The notes: generated by a model not told the origin, from the letters alone. Shown: positions 13,292 to 26,339, counted from the stretch's first letter. The stretch is DNA of 64,000 bases from Octopus vulgaris (GCA_951406725.2 OX597818.1:142166001-142230000), one strand, 5' to 3'. Numbers and translations are program-made.

Positions 13292-13525
13292 TGTGTGTTT
13301 ATGCATGTATGTTGCATGTTTCTTGAATGCATGTACATGTGTGTGTGCACATGTAATTATGTGTATATATATAGGTGGGTAGCGTGTGTGAACATATTTA
13401 ATTATGTGTATATGTTTATGTAGGTATGTGTATATATGTATGTACATAAGTGCATATATACATTATATATATATATATGTATGTATATGTATACATATAC
13501 ATATCCATATAATGTATGTATGTAT

Positions 13526-13580
<55 letters not shown>

Positions 13581-13643
13581 CAAAAAGCCACAAAAAAATC
13601 TGTCAAAGTAATTAAGAGAAACAGTTGAAGTAGAACAAGTAAC

Positions 13644-13731
13644 CTTTTAATAATAACTCATAACGAGGAACTCTCTGGATTGGTTCCAACATGTGATGTT
13701 GTAAGGTTAAATTGGCACAGTCAGGGCGTTG
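13644..13731 (-). CDS. FGD: FGD-family GEF, DH-domain exon (88 nt, phase 0 to 1)
   Basis: ttgcag|CAA...AAA G|gttact; [29 protein letters not shown], the CR3 signature [20 protein letters not shown] of FGD proteins. Confidence 0.96.
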
Positions 13732-13922
13732 CTGCAAATAAAACAAATAAAAAGATTACAAATTATACAAAATGAACAGCACATAAATAGGGGCCTCCCA
13801 CCACAGTTCAAACATCCCCCACATAAAAACACACAGTCACACACACACACAGAGAAATAGTTCAATTGCAGAGAAATTAGTAAAAGAATCTGTGTATATG
13901 TGTAAGTGTGTATAAACAAAGG

Positions 13923-15155
13923 CAAAGTAAGTTCCAGAGACAAGGTTGTGATGTGTGCAATAAGTAACCCACATCATCAAAATAAGTAACCCACAAGAAT
14001 CCGGGAGGACAACCAAGCTAAACTAAAAGTTAATTTTAACCAATTAAGATGCTTGTGGGTTACTTATTTTGTCACAACTTAATTGGTTAAAATTAAGTTT
14101 TAGTTTAGTTTGGTTGTCCTCCTGGATGCTTCGATGACTTCATGCAAACACACCAGCTATCACAGTCCCCCATGCATGTTCTTAATTCATCAATATTTAC
14201 CATTCCACTGTCCTGAAGCAAATTGTCTACATACATTAGACATTTTCTTCCCCTGTTGATTCTTCCTTCAACTGACTACCAAAAGACCAGTTGACACACA
14301 AGTTCTTCTGGGAGCCTGATGCAATGAGCAGCAATTCTCATTGTTCTCTGTTGAATCTTCTGTCTCTTTGCCTTTGTTGATACCCAAAGTAAGTTCCAGA
14401 GGCAAGGCAGTGATGTGTGCAATAAGTAACCCACATCATTGAAGAGTATATTGGTGAAACTTAGGTTTTAGTTTAGTTTGGTCATCCTCCCAGACACTTC
14501 AATGATTTCATGCAAACATGCCATCTATTCCAGTCCCCCATGCATGTTCTTCATTTGTCCACATTTGCTGTTTCACTGTCCTGTCGTTGCCAGTGCCGCT
14601 GGACTGACTCCTGTGCTGGTGGCACATAAAAAGCACCATTTGAGCATGGCCATTGCCAGTACCGCCTGACTGGCCCTCGTGCCGGTGACACATAAAAGCA
14701 CCCACTACACTCTCGGAGTGGTTGGCATTAGGAAGGGCATCCAGCTGTAGAAACTCTGCCAGATCAGATTGGAATCTGGTGCAGCCATCTGGTTCGCCAG
14801 ACCTCAGTCAAATCGTCCAGCCCATGCTAGCATGGAAAGCAGATGTTAAACAATGATGATGATGATGATGATGATGATGAATTCTTCCTTCAACTGATTT
14901 CTATAAGACCAGTTGACACATGGGTTCTTCTGGGGCCTGATGCAATGACCAACGATTCTCATTCTTTTCTCTTTAATCTTCTCAGTCACTTTGGGTAGAT
15001 CTTGATAAAGCTGCTCGTTGGCTAAATGAACTCTCCACGTATCATTCAGAGTCATTCTTTACATTCTTGTGTAGTAGCTGTCTATTTGTCTTTCAAGCTT
15101 TTTGGTGAGAGTCCAAGTTTCAGCACCAATATAAACAAACTGATTCTACCGTAAA
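13923..15155 (-). mobile_element. Two tandem 3' fragments of an RTE-X-like LINE, the second interrupted by an RTE 3'-end element (about 14583-14880)
   Basis: caaagtaagttccagag...aataagtaacccacatc occurs at 13923 and about 14385. Remnant protein GAETWTLTKKLERQID...NEQLYQDLPKVTEKIKEKRMRIVGHCIR at 14930-15150. Confidence 0.75.
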
Positions 15156-16271
15156 GAAAAGTAACCTTAAAATCTAAGCATTTAAAACAGTTATGGGCAA
15201 ACTGCAGTTTGCAGTCCATGGGCTACATGTGGCCCAAAGTCCTTCCCGAATGGCATGTCTAATTTCACGAGGAAAATAACATACATTACTATTTTAGTTG
15301 TGTAAACTCTCTGATGATGACAACCCATGTCTCATGCGGTCCACTTCTCAAAGAAGGTTTCCTATGCCTGGTTCAGATTCAGAATGAACAAGTACACAGT
15401 GCATGTGTGTGTGTGTGTGTATATATTGCTGTGTGTGTGTGTGTGTGCATGGATGCATGTATATGTGTGTGGGTGTGTGTGCATTCATTGGTATGTGTGT
15501 GTCCATTGTTGTGCTGGGATTATTTTGTCACAACTCAGAGTATCACACACGATGTTGATCCTTGAATTTACAGGATCAAAAACATATTCAAAACCAAGGG
15601 ACAACAAAATTATCTTAACACTACAATATTTACACACTACTTCCATATTGAGTATGTTTTTCTCATTTGTACTCTCAACTGTACATGTGTGTGTGTGTGT
15701 GTGTGTGTGTACAAAGAGTATCTTGAATTTACTAGAGAAGAGAATATTCAATATGTAATAGAAAGTATACATTTTAGTTTTCGAGCTTTACTAGTTTAGT
15801 ACATAACACTTGGCATACTACAGTCTGTTACTTCACAGAGAAATATATTTACGTAGTCATGGAATGTTCTGGAGCATTCTAAAAACAACAGTTAAGGTCA
15901 TGTGATAACAGTGCAGAAGGTTGAAATCCCTTAAATGTGACTGTTTGGTGAGAATAACAGATGGTCAGTTGCTTTAAATATAAGGTTCTTCTAAAAATAT
16001 AAAAGCATGTTTGCTTAGGCAAGGTGGTATAGCTCTGTGTGTGTGTGTATAGGCACATGCAAAAACATGCATACATACACACACATATACGCATTCACGT
16101 TCAATACAGAAATAGAATCCAAGAGATTCAACACACTTATGAGTGAGATGAAACATCATTTGATAATCCTTTCCACCATAGACACAAAACCTGAAATTTT
16201 GCACATCACTGTATGATGGATATATATATCCAGATACACACACACACACACACATATATATGCATGCATAC

Positions 16272-16329
<58 letters not shown>

Positions 16330-16543
16330 TTATCATGAAGATGTAATTTTCTCTATATGTATTTTTTTTCATTGTCAAAATACTCTGAGTTTCTTGAAAT
16401 TCTGTCAAAAGATATTTGGATTTACCTGGGATCTGTATTCTACTTACATTTACTGGTGTCTAATTTTTGAATATTGTTAACCAAATTCTTTTAATACTGA
16501 GTGCTTTATTGATATCTGCCAGGATTTTTGAATCCCTTCTAAC

Positions 16544-16579
<36 letters not shown>

Positions 16580-16611
16580 TGTATGTATGTATGTATGTAT
16601 GTATGTATGTA

Positions 16612-16653
<42 letters not shown>

Positions 16654-16656
<3 letters not shown>

Positions 16657-17057
16657 TCATCATCATCATCATCATCGTTTAATGTCCGCTTTCAATGCTA
16701 GCATGGATTGGACGATTTTGACTGAGGGCTGGCGAACCAGATGGTTGCACCAGGCTCCAATTTTGATTTGGCAGAATTTCTACAGCTGGCTGCCCTTCCT
16801 AACGCCAACCACTCCAAGAGTGTAGTGGGTGCTTTTTACGTGCCACCGGCACAGGGGCCAGTCAGGCGGTACTGGCAACGACCTTGCTCAAATCCTTTTA
16901 CACATGCCACCAGCACAGGTGTCAGTAAGGCGACTTTGGTAATGATCACGCTCGAATGGTGCCCTTTTATGTGCCACTGGCACAGAAGCCAGTTGGCTGC
17001 TCTGGCAACGATCATGATTGGATGGTGCTCTTGGCACCCTACTAGCAAGGGCACAAG

Positions 17058-17062
<5 letters not shown>
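16654..17062 (-). mobile_element. RTE-LINE 3'-end element with (GAT)n tail (other copies near 3065-3410, 5945-6130, 14583-14880, 17530-17622, 19915-20161, 28496-28745, 34852-35021, 43409-44670, 57048-57336, 60147-60625, 60758-61000)
   Basis: Shared core (cat)n-cgtttaacgtccg...ccatgctagcatgggttgga...tttctacagctggatgcccttcctaacgccaaccactc...gtgccaccggcacagg. Confidence 0.85.
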
Positions 17063-17107
<45 letters not shown>

Positions 17108-17112
<5 letters not shown>

Positions 17113-17510
17113 CTCCAAACATGAACAAAGAGAAAGCACAACAACGCGAGGACGTGGAGCAAGTATAGTGTTATTGGATGCTCAGGAAAGGAAAGAATGG
17201 GGATTTAACATTTCGAGCGGAGCTCTTCTTCAGAAACATAGAAAAAGGAAAAGTCCAAGGAAGTGAAAATGGAGAAAGAAAATCACCAACAATACACATG
17301 CGGTCACATATTAAACTGACTGGAAGGGAATGGGCGAAAAAAAGTTCTTTCAAAGACAGGAGAGAAGGGATTGAAGGTGTTGGAGGAAGGAGTGGAGGTC
17401 AGGCATGGTGAGAGGGTGTGAATGTCGGTGTAGGTGTAAATGGTGGCGACAAAAGGAGAAAAGTGGAAGTAGAAGAGAGAGAAAAAAGGGGATGTTATAA
17501 ACTTTATTAA
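17108..17510 (-). mobile_element. Penelope-like fragment between (TA)n runs (related, older copy about 1294-1480)
   Basis: Carries a hammerhead-type core CTGAAGA-A-GAGC.TCC.GCTC-GAAA on the minus strand. The Penelope assignment is inferred from this motif only. Confidence 0.5.
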
Positions 17511-17792
17511 TATATATATATCATCTATTTTGGAGCCTCGTACAGCCGCTGGCTCTCCAGACCTCAGTGAAACCATCCAACCCATGCCAGCATGGAAAAC
17601 GGACGTTAAACGATGATGATGATATCTGTCTATATATATATATAAATATAGCAAGAGAGAGAGAGGGGTGGGTGGGGGGTGAGAGAGAGAGAGAGAGGGG
17701 GACATTTTTTCCACAGGCAAACTTTGCCACAACAATCATCATTAACAAGCTCACATTATGACACACTCACCTGCACACACACACACACACAC

Positions 17793-17856
<64 letters not shown>

Positions 17857-18022
17857 CACAGAGAAATAATTGTTTCTGTCTGAATCCAATATTACAATTC
17901 CAATATATTCAAATATTCAATATAGAAACATTGACAGACCTGAAGAATGTTGTAAATCATTCCCAATATTACTATTCCACGAAACACCATATTCATTAAT
18001 GCCATTCTCCCAGTCACCATAT

Positions 18023-18068
<46 letters not shown>

Positions 18069-18281
18069 ACCTAAATATGCATACAGTTCATGAGTGCATG
18101 TGTGTGTATATATGTATATGTTTGTGTGTCTGTGTTTGTCCTCCCACCATCACCTGACAACTGAGGATGGTGTGTTTACATCCCCTGTAACTTAGTAGTT
18201 CAGCAAAAGAGACTGATAGAATAAGTACTAGGCTTACAAAGAATAAGTCCTACAGTCGATTTGTTTGACTGAAGGCAACAG

Positions 18282-18322
<41 letters not shown>

Positions 18323-18475
18323 TATATATTCTTTTATTCTTTCACTTGTTTTAGTCATTTGACTGTGGCCATGCTGGTGTATTGCCAGGGTTTATTCTTT
18401 GTAAGCCTAGTACTTATTCTATCATTCTCTTTTGCTGAACCAGACTAAGATCCCCTTCAGCTGAATGAGGCAACA

Positions 18476-18521
<46 letters not shown>

Positions 18522-19706
18522 AGCTTTCTGCTAAGAGATAAAGTGGTCAAAGTATGAAAGAAGAGGCCACAATGGAACTGATAACTTACTGTAGAGGAGC
18601 AACATGTCTATTCACATTATAGAAGAAACGATGAGAGTGGCCGGGGTAGAGCAGGAAAGAGCTAAAATAGTGGTGATGAAGGGTTAGGGTGGACCCTCAA
18701 GATACAAGGAGAGCAGATGTTGCAAGAGTGTATAGGAGAGTAAAAAAAGGTAAAGTTATCTTCTCAAGTCATGCTGATTCATAAGGGCTGGTTTCCTGGT
18801 TTCCTTGGTAAATAAATTCCCCACCTGGATAAGGATTATCCATTTTTGCCAGCTGAGTGGACTGGAGCAACATGAAATGAAGTGTTTTGCTCAAGAACAC
18901 AACACATCACCCGGTCCAGAAATTGAAACCACAATCTTATGATCATGAGTCCAACACCTTAACCACTAAACTATGTGTTTCCACTATATGAGAGTGAGTG
19001 AGAGATGGTTAAAGATGGGGATTCGATGGATGGATGAATATAATGAAAAACTAGTGATGATGGATAATAAGTAAGGAAGCTAAAGAATAGGTGACAGTTA
19101 TAGAAACTGGGTAGGGTTAAAGGGTGGATTTAGTGAATGTTGGTTAAGTGGTGGGGTGAGATCAATGATGCATAAGTTGGAGTAAGGAGGGGAGAATACA
19201 ATATGACTGAAAGTGCAGAAAAGAGGGAGTGAAGAGCAAGAGAAAAGTAACAATGGTATGGTAGATTTTATATCCTGCCACAGGTGGGTGTAGATAAATT
19301 ATGCAGAGATTGAGATTTAATCAATGTATTCACACGGTGTACTTCACGATACTACCAAAATGCTCTCTCTGACTACTACCAACCACTACTCTTTATAAGA
19401 GTTCGGCTAGTCCATTCTTTCAATCCCCCAGGGGTGTCAATGACTCTTGCCACAACAGTAGACAAAGGAAGGATGGGAGAGGATGAGAGAGAGAGCAAGA
19501 GCGAGAGAGAGAGATGTGGTTAAGGGTGATCAATGTAAAATGCAGGTGAAGAGATTATCGAAAATGAAGGATGGGTAAGAAATGAAATGGTTCCTGGTAG
19601 TAAAGAAAAATAAGTAGTTGTGCTCATATTCGACTGCAATGAGAAAGAAGATGGGTGGTGGAGTTGTCTAGAAGAAAAAACTGGGTGGATACTGGGGGCA
19701 CAGTCT

Positions 19707-19756
<50 letters not shown>

Positions 19757-20399
19757 AGACTGTGCCCCTAGTATCCACCCAGTTTTTTCTTCTATATATA
19801 TATATACATATATCTTCGGGACACTGGAGCTTGCTGAGGAAATGACAAGGGACTGGAAGATGTAGCGATTTGCTGTACTTGATAAGACACATCAAGTTAA
19901 ATAAAATCGCAGTCATCCACACATACAGGCTTGTCCATTCAGGTGCCAGTACCACTTAAAAAGTACCTCTGTTGGTACTGCGTAAACACACCCAGCACAC
20001 TCTGTTAAGTGGTTGGCACTAAGAAGGGCATCTAGCCATAGAAACCATGCCACAACAGACAGTGTGAGTCTGGATTGCACTTTGCTAGCCAACTCCATGT
20101 CAAACCATCCAATCTGTGCCAGCATGGAAGGCAGACATTAAACGATGATGATGATGATGATTACACACACGTTGTACTTTAAAAATCTCCAGTTTGCTAT
20201 GAAGATCAGGCCTTCCCAATAAGTGAGCCATATGCACGTTTATGAGAATATATTTCTGATGTACCCATTGTACATACTGCTACAGTGCATGTGTCACAAA
20301 AACTTCCAAGTTTTTTACCAGAAATGACTCACAATAATTTAATGAAATTAATTGATGAAAATTCTGAATAATGAATAAAATTAAATTGAATTCCCTTAC

Positions 20400-20556
20400 C
20401 TGAATTTCTTTCACAATAGCTGCAAATTTGGGACATTTCTCTGCTGATTCATTCATAAGATTCATGGCATTATCAAAGTTCTTTACATATTCTGAATATA
20501 GTTTAAGGAAAGGAGCATTTCTCTTCATTAGATCCCCAATTCTTGGCTCCGAATGC
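20400..20556 (-). CDS. FGD: FGD-family GEF, DH-domain exon (157 nt, phase 2 to 0)
   Basis: ttag|G...CAG|gtaag; completes W then HSEPRIGDLMKRNAPFLKLYSEYVKNFDNAMNLMNESAEKCPKFAAIVKEIQ (APFLKxYxEYVKNFD motif). Phase matches the previous exon. Confidence 0.97.
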
Positions 20557-20868
20557 CTAAATGAAAAGAAAAAGAAAAAAATTTTACAAATTTGAACTGA
20601 ATCAGATAACAATAATGGATTTCTCAGATAGATTCACCATCAGACAAAGAAATCTTCTAATTAAAGGCTAAGCACCTATGAGTTGGAGGAATTTGAACTT
20701 AAAATGTAATAAGTTGCAACTAAATACCACACATCAATTTTCGTTTTTGGCACTCTAAGAAGTCTGACAATCCTTGATAATATGGAACATGACATTAAGA
20801 TAGTTTTAGAGAAAGAAAGTTTGCTTGAAAAGTGAAGGTAGAAATAATAAAGTCCGATAGTAGAGAGA

Positions 20869-20927
<59 letters not shown>

Positions 20928-21510
20928 TGTGTGAGTGTGTGTGTGTATGTGTGTGTGCGTGCGCGTGTGTAATGTGATAATAATTAGAGTGTTGATCTCA
21001 TGATCATACAGTTGTGAGTTTGGTTCCTGGACCAGGCAGTGCATTGTGTTTCTGAGCAAGGTACTTTATTTCATGTGGATCCAGTTTACTCAAGCGTAAA
21101 AGAGTACCAGTCATATACTGGTGCAAGTCTTATTTCTCCCTCCAGCGGAATCAAAAATAGGATGACCAGAGGGTGCCTATGCCTGCTCAGAACTACACAG
21201 ACTGCACAAACACTGAAAACAATTAATGAAGGCACATGATACAGTCTACCAGACCATACTTGTATGTGTGTGCAAGAGACAGCAATGGTCTTTTCTTTTT
21301 TCATACATACATACATACATACCTACACAAACAGACAGACAGACATAGAACTAAGACAACTACTTTTTTACTCTTTTGATTCCAGTCATTGGAGTGTGGT
21401 CATGCTGGAGCACTGATGTACAGGGTCTTTAGTTGGTTACACGGACCCTGATATGTATTTCTGTCTGGTTAAGAGAAACTACTCATCACATCTTTCTACA
21501 GAAATACACC

Positions 21511-21886
21511 ACAGGATTGGCTGTGTGGTAAGTAGCTTGCTAACCAACCACATGGTTCCGGATTCAGTCCCGCTGCATGACACCTTGGGCAAGTGTCTTC
21601 TGCTATAGCCCCGGGCTGACCAATGCCTTGTGAGGGGATTTGGTAGACGGAAACTGAAAGAAGCCTGTCGTATGTGTGCATGTATGTGTTTGTCCCTCCA
21701 ACATCGCTTGACAACCGATGCTGGTGTGTTTACCTCCCCGTCGCTTAGCGGTTCGGCAAAAGAGACCGATAGAATAAGTACTGGGCTTACAAAAAATAAG
21801 TCCCAGGGTCGATTTGCTCGACTAAAGGCGGTGCTCCAGCATGGCCGCAGTCAAATGACTGAAACAAGTAAAAGAGTAAAAGAGTA
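21511..21886 (+). mobile_element. SINE family A copy
   Basis: Same head, body and gtaaaagagtaaaagagta tail. Confidence 0.9.
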
Positions 21887-21896
21887 TATGCATGTG

Positions 21897-21953
<57 letters not shown>

Positions 21954-22765
21954 ACTGATCTTATACACAGGTCAACATATGGCTACAGTAGAAGATATCT
22001 ATATGCCCAGGGTATTGTGCACTGGGATTGAACACGGATCAATATAGTTGCAAAGCATACATCTTAACAACGTAACTATGCATGACAGATAGAATCTAAC
22101 TTAAAAACAAATTTCATTTAATTTCTGGAAGCCCAAAATAATAACTCATTCTATATTTACTAAACAGTATTTTTGTACTAGTTTTTATAAAAAAAAAATA
22201 TCAAAAACTTGCTATGAAGAAAGTGAAGAAGATTAAAAAAAACAAACTTGAAGATCTTTTTTTTATCTTCTTCACTTCACTAGAACAGGAAGCTGTCCAA
22301 TAAACAGGAAGAACATGAAAGGTTTATGAAACGGCAGATGCAATGCTGAGCTGTTGAGATATTTATAAAGATTTAAATAAAAAGATACTGATAACATCTG
22401 ACAGATAAGCCAGGTTTATGTGAATGAATGAATCAAAAGAAATCTAGTTTTGACAGTTCAGCTCTTGCGTTTCAGAATGCAACAAAGAAGGTAGCACTGA
22501 TCTAATGGATCAGAAATGCGCTGATATGAAATAAGATGGTCTTATTGATTTTATATTAATGATAGCAGTGGTGGTTTAGTGTGGTAGAATGACTGAATTA
22601 CTGAGAGGTCATCATTCTGGATTTAATATCGTATAAGGGGTGACACTATCTTGTATCCATCTAGAGAGGAGAGTGAGGCAATCAAATACACACACACACA
22701 CACACACCAATAATATAAGGAAATTGAGGTAAGCAAATAAACACAAAAACAGACATACATTGTCA

Positions 22766-23369
22766 TCTTTATATATAAAAGTGAGGTTGTGTGCTGTCTG
22801 TCTCCTACGATTTAGATTCCTAACTACTCCCACATTTTGCGGTGCAGTGTAACCAAAACCGGGTATCTTATAGTCGTGATTCATATCGAGCCCTTCTGGG
22901 TATTAGCACGTGTTTACGATGAGTCTACGATTCTAAAAAAAATTTACCATCATTTTTTTCCATTTTAATGGATTTTTTTCGCTATTATATAAGGGAAGTA
23001 ACTCTCTAAAAATGTCTACGATGAGTCAACGATTTAAAAAAAAATTTACCATAATTTTTTTTCCATTTTAATGCATTTTTTCGCTATTATATAAGGGAAG
23101 TAACTCTCTAAAAATGTCTACGCTGTGTCTACGATTTAAAAAAAAATTTACCATCATTTTTTTCCATTTTAATGCATTTTTTTCGCTATTATATAAGGGA
23201 AGTAACTCTCTAAAAATGTCTATGATGAGTCAACGATTTAAAAAAGAATTTGCCATCATTTTTTTTCATTTTTGATGCATTTTTTGCTATTTTTTGGCTA
23301 TAACTCTCTAAAAATGCTTATATAGTTATTTCCCTTACAAACGCGAGCAACGTCGGGCGATACTGCTAG
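22766..23369 (+). mobile_element. Non-autonomous Helitron with internal ~83-bp tandem repeats
   Basis: A|TC start (tctttatatataaaag), subterminal GC-rich hairpin-like cgcgagcaacgtcgggcg, CTAG|T end; 4-5 internal units (ctacgatgagtc...aagggaagtaactctctaaaaatg) at about 22915-23320. Confidence 0.85.
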
Positions 23370-23725
23370 TTAATAATAAATACACACTGATATACAAGTG
23401 AGTTGGTAAATCAAATGCACACACACTAATATATAAGAAAATGAGCTACACGTATGTATGCACACACTGGTATAGAGGAGAATGCTGTCGTGAGACATAC
23501 AATAGGAGAGGATAATGAATCACACACTTATATACAAACAATAACATACGAGGGGGTGGGCTAAAGAAACAGATTCAGATACAGTAATAGTGGACTAATG
23601 AAACACATACACACATTCAACATATATATAGGTGAGTAGGTTAATGAAACACATATGTATTGAATTCCTTACTTTGCTTCCACTTCTAACAGAATCACCC
23701 ATGTACAATTGTATGGTTGTGTGTC

Positions 23726-23992
23726 ATCATCATCATTGTTCGACCGTGGTCGAGACAATGGAATTTACCATGCTACACCAGACTTCACGGTCCATCATGG
23801 CATTACGGAGGTCCTGTTGCTGGATGCCTGTATCTCTGGAGATTACATCAGGGTAGGAGAGTGGTGTGCGCCCTCTGGTATTGCGAGTAGATGGCTTCCA
23901 GAGGAGAAGAGTAGAAATTACTTCTTTTTCAGCTCTACAACAATGTCCAGTAAACTGGACTCTTCTACCTTTCACAAGAGATGACACAGGTG

Positions 23993-23993
<1 letters not shown>
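23726..23993 (-). mobile_element. Shorter copy of the RTE-X-like LINE seen at 6203
   Basis: PVSSLVKGRRVQFTGHCCRAEKEVISTLLLWKP...VSTTVEQ*, (GAT)n tail. Confidence 0.9.
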
Positions 23994-24054
<61 letters not shown>

Positions 24055-24637
24055 GAAATTAGTGTCCTAGTGTAATGCACAGAACATATATGGTAAGAGG
24101 GTGTAAAAACTAACACTTCCTTTTTCCGAGTTGAGATTCGAAACCAAATCTAAGGATTCTTGCTCGTCTGATCCACCACTGGCTAAACAGGTGCCAAAGA
24201 AATTTCTTTGTCCTGTCAAAAAATGATGGATGGTTTCCCTTCGCCCTCAGCCATGTCATTTAAGGTTCAAGTGGACAGGAAGTGACCTACATAGGTAGGA
24301 ATTTCTCCTGTGGTATGTCTGTCCTTCTAGCTGTCATGACCATTATAAATACAGCAATCCTTCAAAGGACAGCAGAGAGAGAGAGATAGCCAGGAGCTGG
24401 CCAGCAAGTGACTTCACCAGTTAAGCAGGCAACAGAAATCCAGATATTCAACATGACTGAACCAACACAGTAAGCAGTCACAGAACATAAACACACAAAC
24501 AAAATGACCAATGCACACACAGACACAAAACATGTCCAGTTCTACCTCATCATATTGACACAGTATTTTACTCTGTTAATTCTTTCTTGACCAGCTCCAA
24601 GTAAAGTTGGTACTGTCATGTAATGAGATTTTTGGTG

Positions 24638-25462
24638 TACTCTTTTACTTGTTTCAGTCATTTGACTGTGGCCATGCTGGAGCACCGCCTTTAGTCGAGC
24701 AAATCGACCCCAGGACTTATTCTTTGTAAGCCTAGTACTTATTCTGTTGGTCTCTTTTGCCGAACCGCTAAGTTACGGGGACGTAAACATACCAGCATGG
24801 ACAGACACAGACACACAAACATATACACGCACATGCACATATATATATACATATATACGACGGGCTTCTTTCAGTTTCTGTCTACCAAATCCACTCACAA
24901 GGCTTTGGTTGGCCCTCAGGGCTATAGTAGAAGACACTTGCCCAAGGTGCCATGCAGTGGGACTGAATCCAGAACCATGTGGTTGGTAAGCAAGTTACTT
25001 ACCAGACAGCCACTACTACAAGTGTCGTTTAAATATATACTCTTTTACCCTTTTACTTGTTTCAGTCATTTGACTGCGGCCATGCTGGAGCACCACCATT
25101 TTTTTTTTTTTTTTTAGTCGAGCAAATCGACCCCGGGACTTATTCTTTGTAAGCCCAGTACTTATTCTATCGGTCTCTTTTGCCGAACCGCTAAGTGACG
25201 GGGACGTAAACACACCAGCATTGGTTGTCAAGCAATGCTAGGGGGACAAACACAGACACACAAACACACACATACATATATATATATATACATATATATG
25301 ACAGGCTTCTTTCAGTTTCCGTCAACCAAATCCACTCATAAGGCATTGGACGGCCCAGGGCTATAGCAGAAGACACTTGCCCAAGATGCCACGCAGTGGG
25401 ACTGAACCCGGAACCATGTGGTTGGTTAGCAAGCTACTTACCACACAGCCACTCCTGCGCCT
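24638..25462 (-). mobile_element. Two head-to-tail SINE family A copies (24638-25018, 25038-25462)
   Basis: Two complete units about 20 nt apart, from different subvariants. Confidence 0.9.
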
Positions 25463-25855
25463 ATTATTTAAACTACAATCCAATGTTTTCCCGTTGTTTT
25501 ACTTTGACGGCCGTCCACATGCCTATTTCATCTGCTACCCCAACATCTTTAGCTACACATTTCCCACTGCAAGGGCAATCAAACAAATACACACACATGA
25601 AAGTTCCTAATGTGGAACAAATTATTTTGTCATGAAAAAAAAAAATGGAGAATAACATTTCTAATGAAGGGTTCTATCTGAAACATAATACTTCTTCCTC
25701 TTCCTAATGCCTAAATAATTTATTCCACATTGTCAACATTTTGAGCTTACTATATATCCATACATTTAATCACTAGTTCTCTCAGATCCTCTTGTTTCAC
25801 ACGTAAACACACACAAACACAAACACACACACACAAATGATTGTCTGCTCCCCAG

Positions 25856-26339
25856 TTTCTTATTTCTTTACTGCCCACAAGGGGATACACACAGAGGGGA
25901 CAAACAAGGATAGACAAATGGATTAAGTCGATTATATCAACCCCAGTGCATAACTGGTAATTATTTAAAGGCGGCGAGCTGGCAGAAACGTTAGCACGCC
26001 GGGCGAAATGCTTAGCGGTATTTCGTCTGCCAATACGTTGTGAGTTCTAATTCCGCCGAGGTCGACTTTGCCTTTCATCCTCTCGGGGGTCGATTAAATA
26101 AGTACCAGTTACACACTGGGATCGATATAATCGACTTAATCCGTTTGTCTGTTGTTGTTTGTCCTCTCTGTGTTTAGGCCCTTGTGGGTAGTAAAGAAAT
26201 AGGTAATTATTTAATCGACCCCGAAAGGATGAAAGGCAAAGTCAACCTCGGCAAAATTTGAACTCAGAACGTAACGGCAGACGAAACACCGCTAAGCATT
26301 TCACCCGTTGTGCTAACGTTTCTGCCAGCTCCCCACCTT
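25856..26339. mobile_element. SINE family C (+ copy 25969-26201) nested in an opposite-strand copy of the same family; further copies about 8600-8910, 45722-45975 and a stack at 53225-53770
   Basis: Head aggcggcgagctggcagaaacgttag, core gaggtcgactttgcctttcatcc; 13-bp TSD ggtaattatttaa at 25956-25968 and 26202-26214. Confidence 0.88.

Noticed and set aside
20280-20612. 110-aa ORF as a stand-alone gene
   Set aside because: Only 20400-20556 is homologous to FGD and bounded by splice sites; the rest is intron read-through.
22280-24290. Cluster of CAGGAAG (ETS-like) and GATA motifs as an intronic enhancer
   Set aside because: Short motifs expected by chance; no conservation or chromatin data.
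24546-24619. Alternative first exon MTVPTLLGAGQERINRVKYCVNMM(R), phase-compatible with 20556
   Set aside because: Weak donor (gtagaa), directly abuts a SINE, no homology; chance is sufficient.
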